From Candidatus Eiseniibacteriota bacterium (GTDB lineage: Bacteria; Eisenbacteria; RBG-16-71-46), in NCBI GenBank assembly GCA_038231135.1, contig JBBRLX010000003.1, positions 184,458-248,457 of the forward strand: a stretch of 64,000 bases of DNA, read 5' to 3'. A model generated the notes under the pieces. The model saw only the letters and a list, made by a program, of their open reading frames with translations, did not search any database and was not told the origin of the DNA. The position numbers were made by a program, and so were the translations under genes. Of the stretch, positions 9,099 through 20,482 are shown piece by piece (the first letter of the stretch is position 1; each line of letters starts with the position of its first letter).

Positions 9099-11336
9099 CT
9101 ACCACGTCAGGCCGAATCCCACGACGGCGATCCGCCGGCTGAAGTAGGACAGGTTGTCGGTACGCTGCGAGTAGTCGGAATTGTAGACGTAGTCGAGCAC
9201 GTTGTGGACATCGAGCACGTTCATGCCCTCCACGTAGAATACACACGTGCTGCTGCCGGGCAGCGAGCCCATCGCGGGCAGCGAGAACAGCTTCGTGAGC
9301 CGCACGTCGAGCCGCCGGTAGTCCGGCAGCCGAGCGGACTGGTTCTCGCCCTCGACCGGCCGCCAGATGCCGCGGCCGGCATCGTAGAACCGGCCGATCA
9401 CCGGCGTATACGCGCGCCCGGTGGAATAGCTGTAGCGGCCGCCCACCTGCCACAGCCGGGGCAGCGCCCACTCGAGCACCAGGGTTCCGGAGTGCGGCAC
9501 GCCGTAGGCCGACGGCTCCTCGCGTGGGTCGTCGCGCTCGCGCCGGCGGCTGTCCTGATAGCCATACGAGATCCAGCCGGACACGGGCCCGAGCTGGCCC
9601 CGCACGATCGCGTCCACGCCGCGCGCGTAGCCGGTGCCGTCGCTCGAGTAGAACGTGCTGTCCGACTGGGTGACGAGATGCCGGTAGTCCTTGCGATAGG
9701 CTTCGACACGGGCGTTCCAGACCGCGGTGTTCCACTCGTAGCCGGCGATCCAGTGATCGGCTTCGAGCGGGATCAGGTGGGGATTGCCGTAGACCGGGTC
9801 CAGGAATTCCGTATCGGCCGGCTGGTGATAGCGCCCGGTCGCGACCCGCAGCGTCTGGTGATCGTCGATCCGCCACGCCACCGACGCGCGCGGGTCGAAC
9901 GTCCAGCGGTCGGCCAGCGACACGTGATCGGCGCGGGCGCCGAGCGTGGCGTAGATCGGTCCGACGAGGCGCACCTTGTCCTCGACGTAGGCGCCAGGCA
10001 CGTCCTGGGAGGGCCGCGTGGCGCGGAACCGCACCGGTGCGCCCGCGGCGAGATCGGAGCTGTCGGCGGGCACGGCGCCGCTGAGGTCATCCTGCCGGCG
10101 GCGCCAGTTGCCGCCGAACGACACCTCATGGCGCGGCGACGCGGCCCATACCGCGTCCACGTTCGCCTGCTCGTGGGCTTCGCGATCGCTCACGTCCGTC
10201 GGACCGAACGCCCACTGCGACCGGTAGCGCTGGATCGACACCTGGCCGTGGATCGCGAGAACGCCCAGCGCCGCCTCCTGAAACTGGAGCGCGAGCAGGT
10301 GATTGTGCGAGTGGCGGTCGTAGAGTCCCTGGAAGTTGCCGCTCTGCGTGACGAGCCCGACGCGATCGGCGGACCCCAGGTAGAGCAGCGACACGCGGCC
10401 GGTCGGGGAATGGCGGTACAGCAGCCGCACGGCGCCGTCGGCGCTCGCGGGCGCGTTCACGTAGCCGAGCCGGGTGGGGTAGAGGCGCTCGAGCAGCTTC
10501 ACGTCCGAACCACGCACGGTGCCGACCAGCGACAGCTTGTCCGGGATCAGCGCCCAGCTGCCCGACACGTTCCCACCCACGATGTTCGCGCCCGCCGAGA
10601 TCGTGCGCAGGTTCATGGGGTCCGCCGTCTCGATGTCGAGCACGCCCGACAGCACGCCGCCGTACTTCGCCGAGAACCCGCCGCTCGAGAAGAACGCGCT
10701 CTTGAGCATGTAGGAATCGAACGCCGAGAACAGGCCACCCGAGGCGCCCTCGTAGTGGTAGGGGTGGCCGATCTCGCCGCCATCGAGCCGGATCAGCGTC
10801 TCGCGCGGATCGCCGCCGCGAACGTACAGCGCAGCGCCTTCGTCGGGGGCGTTGATGCTCGGCAGCGCCCGCAGCGACTGGAACACGTCCGCGGCGCCGC
10901 CGGGAGTGGTGACGACGTCCATGCGCCGCAACATGGCGCCTTCGCTCTTGCCGGCCTTGCCGAACGTGGACGCCGCGACCACGACCTCGGCCACCGGCAC
11001 CGGCTCCTCGGCGAGCACGATGCGGACGCGGGCCGGTGCGCCGGCGATCACGGCCTGCGCCTGTCCCGGCTGATAGCCGACCTGGGAGCACACGATCGTG
11101 ACCGGTCCGTCGGGCAGCTCGAGTGAGAAGGCCCCTGCGGTGTCGGTGACGGCGCCGAGTTTGAGCGCCGCCACCGTCACGTTCGCGTATTCGATCGCCC
11201 GGCCGCGGTGATCCACGACGCTGCCGGTGAGCCGCGCGGCCAGCGCCGGCGTCACGGCCGCCGCCAGGATGATGGCGGCCGCGAACGCGCTCGCGACGAT
11301 CGCGCGGGTTCCGGCGTTCGGGTTCTGCTGCGTCAA
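9099..11336 (-). CDS. TonB-dependent receptor with N-terminal carboxypeptidase-regulatory-like domain
   Basis: TTG start overlapping the upstream stop (TTGA); signal peptide; plug motifs LYVRGG..RETLIRLDG and GGFSAKYGGVLSGVL; RLPDYRRLDVR; terminal aromatic residue (FGLTW). Confidence 0.9.
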   Translation of the reverse strand: MTQQNPNAGTRAIVASAFAAAIILAAAVTPALAARLTGSVVDHRGRAIEYANVTVAALKLGAVTDTAGAFSLELPDGPVTIVCSQVGYQPGQAQAVIAGAPARVRIVLAEEPVPVAEVVVAASTFGKAGKSEGAMLRRMDVVTTPGGAADVFQSLRALPSINAPDEGAALYVRGGDPRETLIRLDGGEIGHPYHYEGASGGLFSAFDSYMLKSAFFSSGGFSAKYGGVLSGVLDIETADPMNLRTISAGANIVGGNVSGSWALIPDKLSLVGTVRGSDVKLLERLYPTRLGYVNAPASADGAVRLLYRHSPTGRVSLLYLGSADRVGLVTQSGNFQGLYDRHSHNHLLALQFQEAALGVLAIHGQVSIQRYRSQWAFGPTDVSDREAHEQANVDAVWAASPRHEVSFGGNWRRRQDDLSGAVPADSSDLAAGAPVRFRATRPSQDVPGAYVEDKVRLVGPIYATLGARADHVSLADRWTFDPRASVAWRIDDHQTLRVATGRYHQPADTEFLDPVYGNPHLIPLEADHWIAGYEWNTAVWNARVEAYRKDYRHLVTQSDSTFYSSDGTGYARGVDAIVRGQLGPVSGWISYGYQDSRRRERDDPREEPSAYGVPHSGTLVLEWALPRLWQVGGRYSYSTGRAYTPVIGRFYDAGRGIWRPVEGENQSARLPDYRRLDVRLTKLFSLPAMGSLPGSSTCVFYVEGMNVLDVHNVLDYVYNSDYSQRTDNLSYFSRRIAVVGFGLTW

Positions 11337-12208
11337 GGCTTGGCCTTCGCCGCGTGATCGAGCTCCGGCAGCAGCGTGTACTTCACCCAGCCGTTGGACG
11401 GATTCGCCGCCAGCGCCTTGTCGTAGAACGCGCGCGCCTGGTCGTAGAGAGCGAGTTCGACGCACGCCCGGCCGGCCCACAGGAAGGCGTCGTCGGCGCC
11501 CCAGCGGATCGCGTCGGGGCCGCCGGCCTTCTCGGCCGCATACAACTGCTGCGCATGGGCGAGCCGGACGAGCGCCTTGTCGGGGCCGCCGCCCACGAAC
11601 CGCGGCACGTGATAGGTGTTGATGCCGTCGAGCAGCGCCACCCGCGGGTTCGCGGGCTCCAGTGCCGCCGCGCGCCCGAGGGTCTCGACGATCTGGGGCC
11701 CCAGCGCCATGGCGCGCGTGGGATCCAGGCTGATCTCGAGTCCCTGCAGCCCGCCCTCGAGCGCGATCGCGTCGGCGAACTTGGGCTGGATTGCGATCGC
11801 CCGGTCGAGCTGGTCGAGCCCGTCCTTGCAGTAGCGGGCGGCGGCTTTCGCATCCTTCATCAGGCGCGGAACCAGCCGGTAGTCGGCGAGCGCCACCCAG
11901 TAGTGGAGGGCGGCCGACTTGGGGCTGGCCGCGGCCAGCGCCTCGAGCTGCGCGCGGGCCGCGAGGATCGAATCGGTACTGCCATAGACCGCGCGCATCA
12001 GCGCGATGCGCGCGGTCGCGAGGTCGGCCGGCGCCGCGGGCGCCGTGGCGGCCGCGACCACGGTCGAGTCCCGCGCCGTGGATGCGGCGACGGCGGCCGC
12101 CGTCGGGGTGGCCGCGGTGGCGGTGACGGCCGTGCAGGCGCACGGAGGGTTCGCCGCGCCGGCGAGTGCGGCGGCGGCAACGATGGACAGAACGCGAAGC
12201 AACGTCAT
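11333..12208 (-). CDS. Exported TPR-containing protein
   Basis: ATG at 12208 with GGAG RBS and ATGA overlap; signal peptide, Ala/Thr linker, TPR-like helices (RAAALEPANPRV, YDKALAANPSNGW), P.FVGGGPDKA motif. Confidence 0.8.
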   Translation of the reverse strand: MTLLRVLSIVAAAALAGAANPPCACTAVTATAATPTAAAVAASTARDSTVVAAATAPAAPADLATARIALMRAVYGSTDSILAARAQLEALAAASPKSAALHYWVALADYRLVPRLMKDAKAAARYCKDGLDQLDRAIAIQPKFADAIALEGGLQGLEISLDPTRAMALGPQIVETLGRAAALEPANPRVALLDGINTYHVPRFVGGGPDKALVRLAHAQQLYAAEKAGGPDAIRWGADDAFLWAGRACVELALYDQARAFYDKALAANPSNGWVKYTLLPELDHAAKAKP

Positions 12209-13335
12209 GAGGGTCTCCAGGCTGGTGTGGTGGTGGATGTGGGTCGGAGTGGCAGGGTGATCGTGATGCGCGCGCCGTGGCCGGGAGCGCTCGTGATCTC
12301 GAGCGCGTGCGGCGGCCCGGCGGCGCGCAGGCGCTCGCGCACCGAGTGGAGTCCGAACCCGTTGCCGCCGGGATCGGCAGCGGCGCTCATGCCGGGGCCG
12401 TCGTCCACGACCTCGAGCACCAGCACGTCGCCGTCGCGGCGGGCCACGATGCCGATCGTGGCGCCCTCCGCCCGCGGCGACACGGCGTAGCGCACGGCAT
12501 TCTCGACCAGCGGCTGCAGCATCAGGCCGGGCACGGCGAAGCCGTCGAGGCCAGGCTCGATCGATTCCTGGATGCGCAGCCGGGTCCCGAACCGGGTGCG
12601 CTCGATCTCGAGGTACGCGCGCACGAACTCCAGCTCGTCGGTGAGCGGGCGATGTTCCTGCTCCGAGGCGCGCAGCGTGTGGCGGAACATGTCGGCCAGC
12701 CGCGTGACGGTGTCCTCGGCCTCGGCCGGCGACTCGCGCACCAGCGCGGCGATGGTGTTGAGCGTGTTGAACAGGAAGTGCGGCTGGATCTGGGCGCGCA
12801 GCGCGCGCAGCTCGGCGCTCGCCAGCTCGGCGCGCATGTGTTCGATCGCGCGTGCCCGAGTCATCGACTGGCGGTAGAACGCGATCGCGTAGGCGACGCC
12901 GCCGATGGTGATCGCGAACAGGACCGAATAGGCCCCCGAGCGCAGCACCGCCTCGGGGCTGCCGAGGAACCCCGGCATCACGAACGCCTGGATGAGCGCC
13001 GCGGCGACGTAGGAGCTGACGACGCTCGTCACCAGGTAGGCCGGCGCCTCGATGCGGATCGGCAACACGCCCGGGCCGCGCATCCGTCGCAGCCACGGCA
13101 GCCCCCACAGCTTGAGCGCCACGAGCGCGAGCCGGATGACGTACGCGAACACCAACGAGATCTTGAACGCGGCCCAGTACGCCGACCGTGTGCCGCCGTA
13201 CAGCGTGCCGAAGAACAGCGCGAACGCGATCGCATAGAGCGGCTGCTGCCACAGCGCCTCCCACAGGCGCTGGGCCCGGCGGGGGCGGGGCGCCGGGGCG
13301 TCGTCGGCGCAGTCAGCGGTACGGGGGTTCGTCAT
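12205..13335 (-). CDS. LytS/YehU-family membrane histidine kinase
   Basis: About 4 TM segments; H-box LRAQIQPHFLFNTLN; ELEFVRAYLEIERTRF; LQPLVENAVRY; DDGPG; GFGLHSVRERL. Confidence 0.95.
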   Translation of the reverse strand: MTNPRTADCADDAPAPRPRRAQRLWEALWQQPLYAIAFALFFGTLYGGTRSAYWAAFKISLVFAYVIRLALVALKLWGLPWLRRMRGPGVLPIRIEAPAYLVTSVVSSYVAAALIQAFVMPGFLGSPEAVLRSGAYSVLFAITIGGVAYAIAFYRQSMTRARAIEHMRAELASAELRALRAQIQPHFLFNTLNTIAALVRESPAEAEDTVTRLADMFRHTLRASEQEHRPLTDELEFVRAYLEIERTRFGTRLRIQESIEPGLDGFAVPGLMLQPLVENAVRYAVSPRAEGATIGIVARRDGDVLVLEVVDDGPGMSAAADPGGNGFGLHSVRERLRAAGPPHALEITSAPGHGARITITLPLRPTSTTTPAWRPS

Positions 13336-13341
13336 GACTGC

Positions 13342-13411
13342 AGCTTAGGGTCGGCCCCGCCGACCGGCTACGCCCGGGGCGATGAACGGTCGCGCGGGGC
13401 CGATGAACGGT
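13342..13411 (-). promoter_or_regulatory. LytTR-type direct-repeat operator plus -10 box of the LytS-TPR-TBDR-LytTR operon
   Basis: Minus strand ACCGTTCATC twice (13402-13411, 13381-13390; 21-bp period); -10 TAAGCT at 13342-13347, 6 nt before the ATG. Confidence 0.75.
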
Positions 13412-13435
13412 GGCGTGGGGCGCCGAAGGCCTGCG

Positions 13436-14640
<1,205 letters not shown>

Positions 14641-14644
<4 letters not shown>

Positions 14645-15297
14645 GGCGCCAGCCGCTCCCAGGTCCACAGCTCGCCCGCGCGGCGGTAGAGTACCCGGTC
14701 GTGGAGGCGGTGCGGGCGGTTCTGCCAGAACTCGATCGTGTCCGGGGCCAGCCGGTAGCCGCCCCAGTGTGCCGGACGCGCGAGCGGGGTGTGACGATGC
14801 CGTTCGATCAACTCGCGGACGCCAAGCTCCAGCTCCGCGCGACTCGTGATGGGACGGCTCTGCGGCGAGGCCGCGGCGCTCAGACGGCTCTCCAGCGGCC
14901 GGGAGGCGAAATAGGCGTCGGACTCCGCGGCGGTCACCCGGCGCACCGCGCCCTCCACACGCACCTGGCGTCCCAGCGGATGCCAGTAGAACACCAGCGC
15001 CGCGAACGGATTCTCCGCCAGTTCCTGGCCCTTGCGGCTCTCGTAGTTCGAGTAAAACGTGAAGCCGTGTGAGTCGGCGCCTTTCAGCAGCACCATGCGC
15101 GCCGACGGACGTCCGCTCGCATCCGCGGTGGCCAGCGTCATGCTCTCGGCGTCGGGTACGCGCGCCCGCGCTTGCGTGAACCATTCATCGAACAACGCAA
15201 AGGGGCCCGGGGGAAGGGGTTCGCAATCCAGATCGCCTGTCAGGAGCTGCGGCCGGGCGGGGGATGGCGTGGGGTCCGGAGCGTCGCCGTGCGTCAT
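14641..15297 (-). CDS. pdxH: Pyridoxine/pyridoxamine 5'-phosphate oxidase
   Basis: [64 protein letters not shown] before ATG 15297. Confidence 0.95.
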
Positions 15298-15335
15298 GGA
15301 TCTCCTCGGGAAGGCGGGAATCGAACCGGCGATGC

Positions 15336-15404
15336 ACGATAGCCCAGCATCCGGGTGCGCACCAGCGCCGGCCGCTGAACCGTCGCCCGGCACCGACGAA
15401 CGGT
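15336..15404 (-). promoter_or_regulatory. Second LytTR-type direct-repeat operator plus -10 box, upstream of pdxH-SpoIIE
   Basis: Minus strand ACCGTTCGTC (15395-15404) and ACGGTTCAGC (15374-15383), 21-bp period; -10 TATCGT at 15336-15341. Confidence 0.6.
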
Positions 15405-15502
15405 TTTCCACGGTTGACAGCTTGGAATGCGTGGGTTAGCGATAGATGGCATTCGACAGGGTCCCTAAACAGGACTGCAGCTCATCATCACGGAGGAGAA
15501 CC

Positions 15503-16129
15503 ATGAAGAAGTCATTGATGCTGGTGTTGCTTGCGTTGTCGTTGTCGGCTGCCGCGGCGTCCGCGTCGCCCGGCGAGTGGATCGGTGGAGTTCAGGGTGG
15601 CGTGCACATTCCATCGAGCGACTACGGGGATCGCGCGAAGGCCGGGTGGGTCGGCGGCGCTCTCCTGGACTACATGTTGTCCGACATGGTCGCCGTCGGC
15701 GCGCAGGTCGACTTCAACAGCACCAAGGCCAAAGACGAGTACGTCAATGCCGTAAATGTACTTATTGCCCCCGACCACGTAGATGACATCAAGCTCACGA
15801 TTCTCAACTATGGCGTGCACGGCAACCTCTATTTCATGAGAGAGGGAATTGTGCGGCCATATGTCGCAGCAACCGTTGGAGCCTATACTTCAAAGATCAA
15901 GACGTCAGGTGGAACAGCTTCTGGTTCGACCGACAATCGCACCGTCATGGGTTTCGGGGGTGGCGTCGGCATCAAGTTTCAGTCTCCCGGAAATCCCGTC
16001 GGGTTCGGAATCGAAGGGACTTATCAGAAGGTTGGCGAGGCCTTCATCAAAGGGGGCATTGACGCCGACTTCATCAACGTCGTGGGCAAGGTTACGTTTT
16101 CGTTCTCAGACAAGTCCCAGGCTCACTGA
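15503..16129 (+). CDS. Outer-membrane beta-barrel protein (OmpA-like transmembrane family)
   Basis: GGAGGAG RBS; MKK signal peptide; alternating amphipathic strands, RPY…VG, GFGGGVG motifs. Confidence 0.8.
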   Translation: MKKSLMLVLLALSLSAAAASASPGEWIGGVQGGVHIPSSDYGDRAKAGWVGGALLDYMLSDMVAVGAQVDFNSTKAKDEYVNAVNVLIAPDHVDDIKLTILNYGVHGNLYFMREGIVRPYVAATVGAYTSKIKTSGGTASGSTDNRTVMGFGGGVGIKFQSPGNPVGFGIEGTYQKVGEAFIKGGIDADFINVVGKVTFSFSDKSQAH

Positions 16130-16141
16130 AGTCTTGCATGC

Positions 16142-16183
16142 CAACGGCCCGCTCGGAAGCTCTCTGAGCGGGCCGTTGATTTT
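16142..16183 (+). terminator. Intrinsic terminator between the OMP gene and convergent lipoprotein genes
   Basis: 13-bp stem CAACGGCCCGCTC/GAGCGGGCCGTTG followed by ATTTT. Confidence 0.8.
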
Positions 16184-16204
16184 ACCGTTACTCGTTCCTG
16201 CAGC

Positions 16205-16588
16205 CTAGTTTCGAGTCCAGGTTTTCTGGACGGATGGCGCTTCACCAACATGAGAGTTGAGCCGTCGCTCCAGCACAAGGGTGTCCCGCTCTTTCCGGAG
16301 AATGAGCATTTCCACCGACGTGTTTCGACTGATGGCGAGGGTCAGCATTCCATCTCCCTGGATCGAACCGACGATCGGAAGGGCATTCGCCATCCCCGAA
16401 ATGGTCCGGGCATCTTCCTGATAGAGCTCCAAGATGCTGTCTGGGCCACTCGATCGCCACGTTCCCGTAAAAGGAAGCGCCCGCTCGCTCTCAGTGGGAG
16501 AGCGGCGGGCGATGTTGGTCTTCGTGTCGCAATTCGTGAAAATCAGAATAGCCATTCCAATCATTGTAAGTCGTAAACCGCGGATCAC
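16205..16588 (-). CDS. Hypothetical protein, possible lipoprotein
   Basis: Hydrophobic N-terminus ending FTNC; FTGTW motif; lower GC; starts 6 nt after the upstream gene's stop. Confidence 0.55.
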   Translation of the reverse strand: MIRGLRLTMIGMAILIFTNCDTKTNIARRSPTESERALPFTGTWRSSGPDSILELYQEDARTISGMANALPIVGSIQGDGMLTLAISRNTSVEMLILRKERDTLVLERRLNSHVGEAPSVQKTWTRN

Positions 16589-16594
16589 GTCAGA

Positions 16595-16972
16595 TCAGCT
16601 TTTCTTTGTAACGAGATTCTGATTCACGACCTTCGCATCAAGGCGATACCATGAGCCGGTTGCTGCGTCGATGATGACCGGAACCAGCCCGCCAAGTATA
16701 TCCAGAACAACCCAGCCCGCACCGACGGAATTGTTGATCGTGTATGTGGCGTCCTCGAACCCCTCGTGTTTGAACGTGATTATGTGAGATTTCTTGTTCG
16801 AGAGGTCCAAAGACACCGGCGTGGTGCCCATCTTGTTCCCGTCCAGCCAAACTTCAGCTCCCGACGGAGTCGTTTGCATAGGCACCGCCGATGTCTTGCT
16901 CGCGAAAAGGGCGGCGCAGCTGTTTAGGCCCAACAACAACACGACGAGTGCGGCGGCCATGAACGATCGCAT
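16595..16972 (-). CDS. PEGA-domain lipoprotein
   Basis: Lipobox LNSC; PEGA-like TTPSGAEVWLDG..MGTTP…KHEGFE; C-terminal hydrophobic hairpin IIDAATGSWY. Confidence 0.8.
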   Translation of the reverse strand: MRSFMAAALVVLLLGLNSCAALFASKTSAVPMQTTPSGAEVWLDGNKMGTTPVSLDLSNKKSHIITFKHEGFEDATYTINNSVGAGWVVLDILGGLVPVIIDAATGSWYRLDAKVVNQNLVTKKS

Positions 16973-17126
16973 CGAGACCCCCCTTTTCCGACATCAAAGA
17001 GCGCGGCATTGGACTGCTGCCGTCAGGGGCACCTCAGTGGGGTGGGGTTCAGGATGTCTGATGCCCATGAGCAAGATACATCTAATTTGGATTGCAGCAC
17101 CATCGTGAAGCGACGCATTGCCGCAG

Positions 17127-18311
17127 CTAGCGGTACGCCGGCAGTCCGGTGATCGACTCGCCCAGCACCAGCGTGTGGATGTTGTGCGTGCCCTCGTAGG
17201 TCTTGACCGACTCGAGGTTGCACATGTGGCGCATCACCGGGTACTCGGCGGTGATGCCGTTGGCGCCCAGCACGTCGCGCGCGCGCCGCGCGATGTCGAG
17301 CGCGATCTCGCAGTTGTTGCGCTTGGCGAGCGAGATCTGCTCGGGCTTCACGGTGCCCCGCTCCTTGAGCCGGCCGAGCTGGACGCACAGCAACTGGGCC
17401 TTGGTAATCTCGGTCAGCATGTAGGCCAGCTCGGCCTGGATCAGCTGGTAGGAGCCGATCGGCTTGCCGAACATGATCCGGTTCTTCGAATACTCGGCCG
17501 CCGCGTGGAAGCACGCCATGGCGGCACCCACCACGCCAAACGCGATGCCGAACCGGGCCTGGGACAGGCACCCCAGCGGCCCCTTGAGCCCCGTCACGTT
17601 CGGCAGCAGGTTCGCCTCGGGCACGAACACGTCCTGGAGTATCAGCTCGCTCGTGACCGACGCGCGGAGCGAATGCTTGTGCTTCTGCTCGGGGGCCGTG
17701 AAGCCCTTCGTGCCCTTCTCGACCAGGAAGCCGCGGATCGACTCGCGGCCGCCCTCGACCGGCGCCTTCGCCCACACCACGGCGATGTCGGCGACGGTGC
17801 CGTTCGTGATCCACATCTTGGCGCCGTTGAGGACGTAGCCGCCGTCGACGGGTTTCGCGCGGGTGATCATGCCGGCGGGATCCGAGCCGAAGTCGGGTTC
17901 GGTGAGGCCGAAGCAGCCGATCGCCTCGCCGCGCGCCATGCGCGGCAGCCAGTGGCGCCGCTGCTCCTCGCTGCCGTAGGCGTAGATCGGATACATCGCG
18001 AGCGAACCCTGCACCGATGCGAACGAGCGCAGACCGGAATCGCCGCGCTCGAGCTCCTGCATCGCGAGTCCGTAGGCGGTCGCGGACACGCCGGCGCAGC
18101 CGTATTCCTCGGGCAGCGTCGCGCCCAAGAGCCCCATCCCCGCGATCTCGGGAATCACGTCGGCGGGGAAATACGCCTCTTCGTAGGCGCGCTCGACCAC
18201 GGGCAGGTAGCGGTCCTCGACCCAGTCCCGCACGTGATCGCGAATCTGGATCTCCTCCTCGTGCAGCAGGCTGTCGATGTCGTAGAAATCGACGCCGGTG
18301 AAGCGGGGCAT
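17127..18311 (-). CDS. Acyl-CoA dehydrogenase, glutaryl-CoA dehydrogenase-like
   Basis: ELERGDSGLRS, GCFGLTEPDFGSDP, LNGAKMWITNG, LGANGI, TYEGTHNIH; AAGGAG RBS before ATG 18311. Confidence 0.92.
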   Translation of the reverse strand: MPRFTGVDFYDIDSLLHEEEIQIRDHVRDWVEDRYLPVVERAYEEAYFPADVIPEIAGMGLLGATLPEEYGCAGVSATAYGLAMQELERGDSGLRSFASVQGSLAMYPIYAYGSEEQRRHWLPRMARGEAIGCFGLTEPDFGSDPAGMITRAKPVDGGYVLNGAKMWITNGTVADIAVVWAKAPVEGGRESIRGFLVEKGTKGFTAPEQKHKHSLRASVTSELILQDVFVPEANLLPNVTGLKGPLGCLSQARFGIAFGVVGAAMACFHAAAEYSKNRIMFGKPIGSYQLIQAELAYMLTEITKAQLLCVQLGRLKERGTVKPEQISLAKRNNCEIALDIARRARDVLGANGITAEYPVMRHMCNLESVKTYEGTHNIHTLVLGESITGLPAYR

Positions 18312-18567
18312 GCGGAACTCCTTGGGATTGGCGAGCGGAGGCCCCGCGCGGCGGACGCGCGGCAACCCGCTCTAGGCAAAGCGCGGCGAGTATAGGGACA
18401 GGCGCGGGCGCCCTCAAATCTCCGCGTGCGGCCTGCGCTCGCAGGAGCGTGACCGGCTCGCGATCGAGTGGTTCCGCGGTTACGTCCACGGCCATTGAAC
18501 TGCCGGCGGTCTGCGCGTAGGCTCCGCGCTCCATGACTCGTGCCCAGCCTACCCGGGGAGGCCTGCC

Positions 18568-20286
18568 ATGCTGCGTTCTTCGTCCGCGGCGCGCCGCTGC
18601 GCGGCCGCAATGCTGCTCGTGAGCGTCACCGGTATTCCCGCGGACGACGCGACCGCCGCGCGCGGCGTCGCGACCCGGTCCGTGGTGTGGGCTCCGCACG
18701 GCATGGTGTGCGCCGCGCAGCCGCTGGCCGTTCAGGCCGGGCTCGAGGTCCTGAAGCGCGGCGGCACCGCGGTGGACGCCGCGATCGCGACGAACGCCTG
18801 CCTGGGCTTGATGGAGCCGACCGCGAACGGCATGGGCGGCGACCTGTTCGCGATCGTGTGGGATCCGAAGACGCACAAGCTCCATGGGCTCAACGCGTCG
18901 GGCCGCGCACCGCTCGCGCTCACGATCGACAAGGTGCCGCCGGACTCGGACGGCACGATCCCGCTGTACTCGCCCTATACCTGGACGGTGCCGGGCTGCG
19001 TCGACGGCTGGTTCGAGCTGCATGCAAAGTTCGGCCGCCTGCCGATGACGGAGCTGCTGGCGCCGGCGGCGGACTACGCCGAGCACGGGTTCCCGTTGTC
19101 GCCGGTGATCGCGAGCGACTGGGGGCACTCGGTCGCCCGGTTCCAGGACTTCCCCGGCTTTCGCGAGGTGTTCATGCCCGGCGGCCGCGCGCCGCTCGAG
19201 GGCGAGCGGTTCCGCAATCCGGCGCTGGCGCGGACGCTGCGACGGGTGGCGAGCGGCGGGCGCGACGCGTATTACCGCGGCCCGGTCGCCGACGCGCTGG
19301 TGAAGTACTCGAACGCGAATCACGGCTTTTTCGCGAAGGAGGACTTCGCGCGGCACCATTCCACCTGGGACGACCCGATCTCGACGACGTACCACGGCAT
19401 TGAACTGTGGGAGATGCCGCCCAACAGCCAGGGTCTCGCCGCGCTCCAGATGCTCAACATCCTCGAGAACTTCGACCTGAAGAAGCTGGGGCGCGGATCC
19501 GCGGACTACTGGCACGTGATGGTCGAGGCCAAGAAGCTGGCGTTCGCCGACCGCGCGCGCTACTACGCCGACCCCGCGTTCTCGAAGATCCCGATCGACC
19601 GGCTGCTGTCGAAGGACTATGCGAAGCAGCGCGCGAAGCTCATCGACATGCAACACGCCGCCATCACGGATTCCCCCGGCGAGTTCGCGGCGCTGAACCG
19701 CCGCGAGACCACGTTCCTGTGCACGGCGGACTCGAGCGGCATGATGGTGGCTTTGATCCAGAGCAACTACACGGGCTTCGGCTCGGGGTACGTCGTGCCG
19801 GAGCTGGGATTCGGCCTGCAGAATCGTGGTGCGCTGTTCTCGCTCGCGAAGGACCATCCGAACCGCCTCGAGCCCGGCAAGCGGCCGTTCCAGACGATCA
19901 TCCCCGCGTTCGTGACGAAGGACGGCAAGCCGCTCATGGCGTTCGGGGTGATGGGTGGCGACATGCAGCCGCAGGGCCACTGCCAGGTGCTGGTGAACCT
20001 GATCGACCTGGGCATGAACCTGCAGGAGGCCGGCGACGCGCCGCGGTTCCATCACACCGGCTCGACGGAGCCGACGGGCACGGTCATGACCGATGGCGGA
20101 GTGCTCCACATCGAGCCGGGCGTGCCGGAGAGCGTGATCGCGGAGCTCAAGCGCCGCGGTCACCGGATCGAGTCCGAAGCGGTGGGGGCGTACGGCGGGT
20201 ATCAGGCGATCTGGCGCGATCCGGTCACCGGGATGTATGCCGGGGCCACGGAAATGCGCAAGGACGGTTGCGCGCTGGGGTACTGA
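18568..20286 (+). CDS. ggt: Gamma-glutamyltransferase (exported)
   Basis: [27 protein letters not shown], autoprocessing Thr in [35 protein letters not shown]. Confidence 0.93.
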   Translation: MLRSSSAARRCAAAMLLVSVTGIPADDATAARGVATRSVVWAPHGMVCAAQPLAVQAGLEVLKRGGTAVDAAIATNACLGLMEPTANGMGGDLFAIVWDPKTHKLHGLNASGRAPLALTIDKVPPDSDGTIPLYSPYTWTVPGCVDGWFELHAKFGRLPMTELLAPAADYAEHGFPLSPVIASDWGHSVARFQDFPGFREVFMPGGRAPLEGERFRNPALARTLRRVASGGRDAYYRGPVADALVKYSNANHGFFAKEDFARHHSTWDDPISTTYHGIELWEMPPNSQGLAALQMLNILENFDLKKLGRGSADYWHVMVEAKKLAFADRARYYADPAFSKIPIDRLLSKDYAKQRAKLIDMQHAAITDSPGEFAALNRRETTFLCTADSSGMMVALIQSNYTGFGSGYVVPELGFGLQNRGALFSLAKDHPNRLEPGKRPFQTIIPAFVTKDGKPLMAFGVMGGDMQPQGHCQVLVNLIDLGMNLQEAGDAPRFHHTGSTEPTGTVMTDGGVLHIEPGVPESVIAELKRRGHRIESEAVGAYGGYQAIWRDPVTGMYAGATEMRKDGCALGY

Positions 20287-20482
20287 CGGCACGGAGCACC
20301 ATGGGCCGCTGCCATGGCCCCCGCGCCGCCGCGGGACCGCCTCGCGACGCGGGCGAACCCACGAATCGAGCCATGCGCAGAGCCGCCAGGAATGGTTGCC
20401 GCAGTGGTTTCGGCTCGGGTATTCTTGTGCGTTCGATGCGTGCGCTGCACCCCGTCCCCCCTTTTCCCTGGAGCGATCCACG

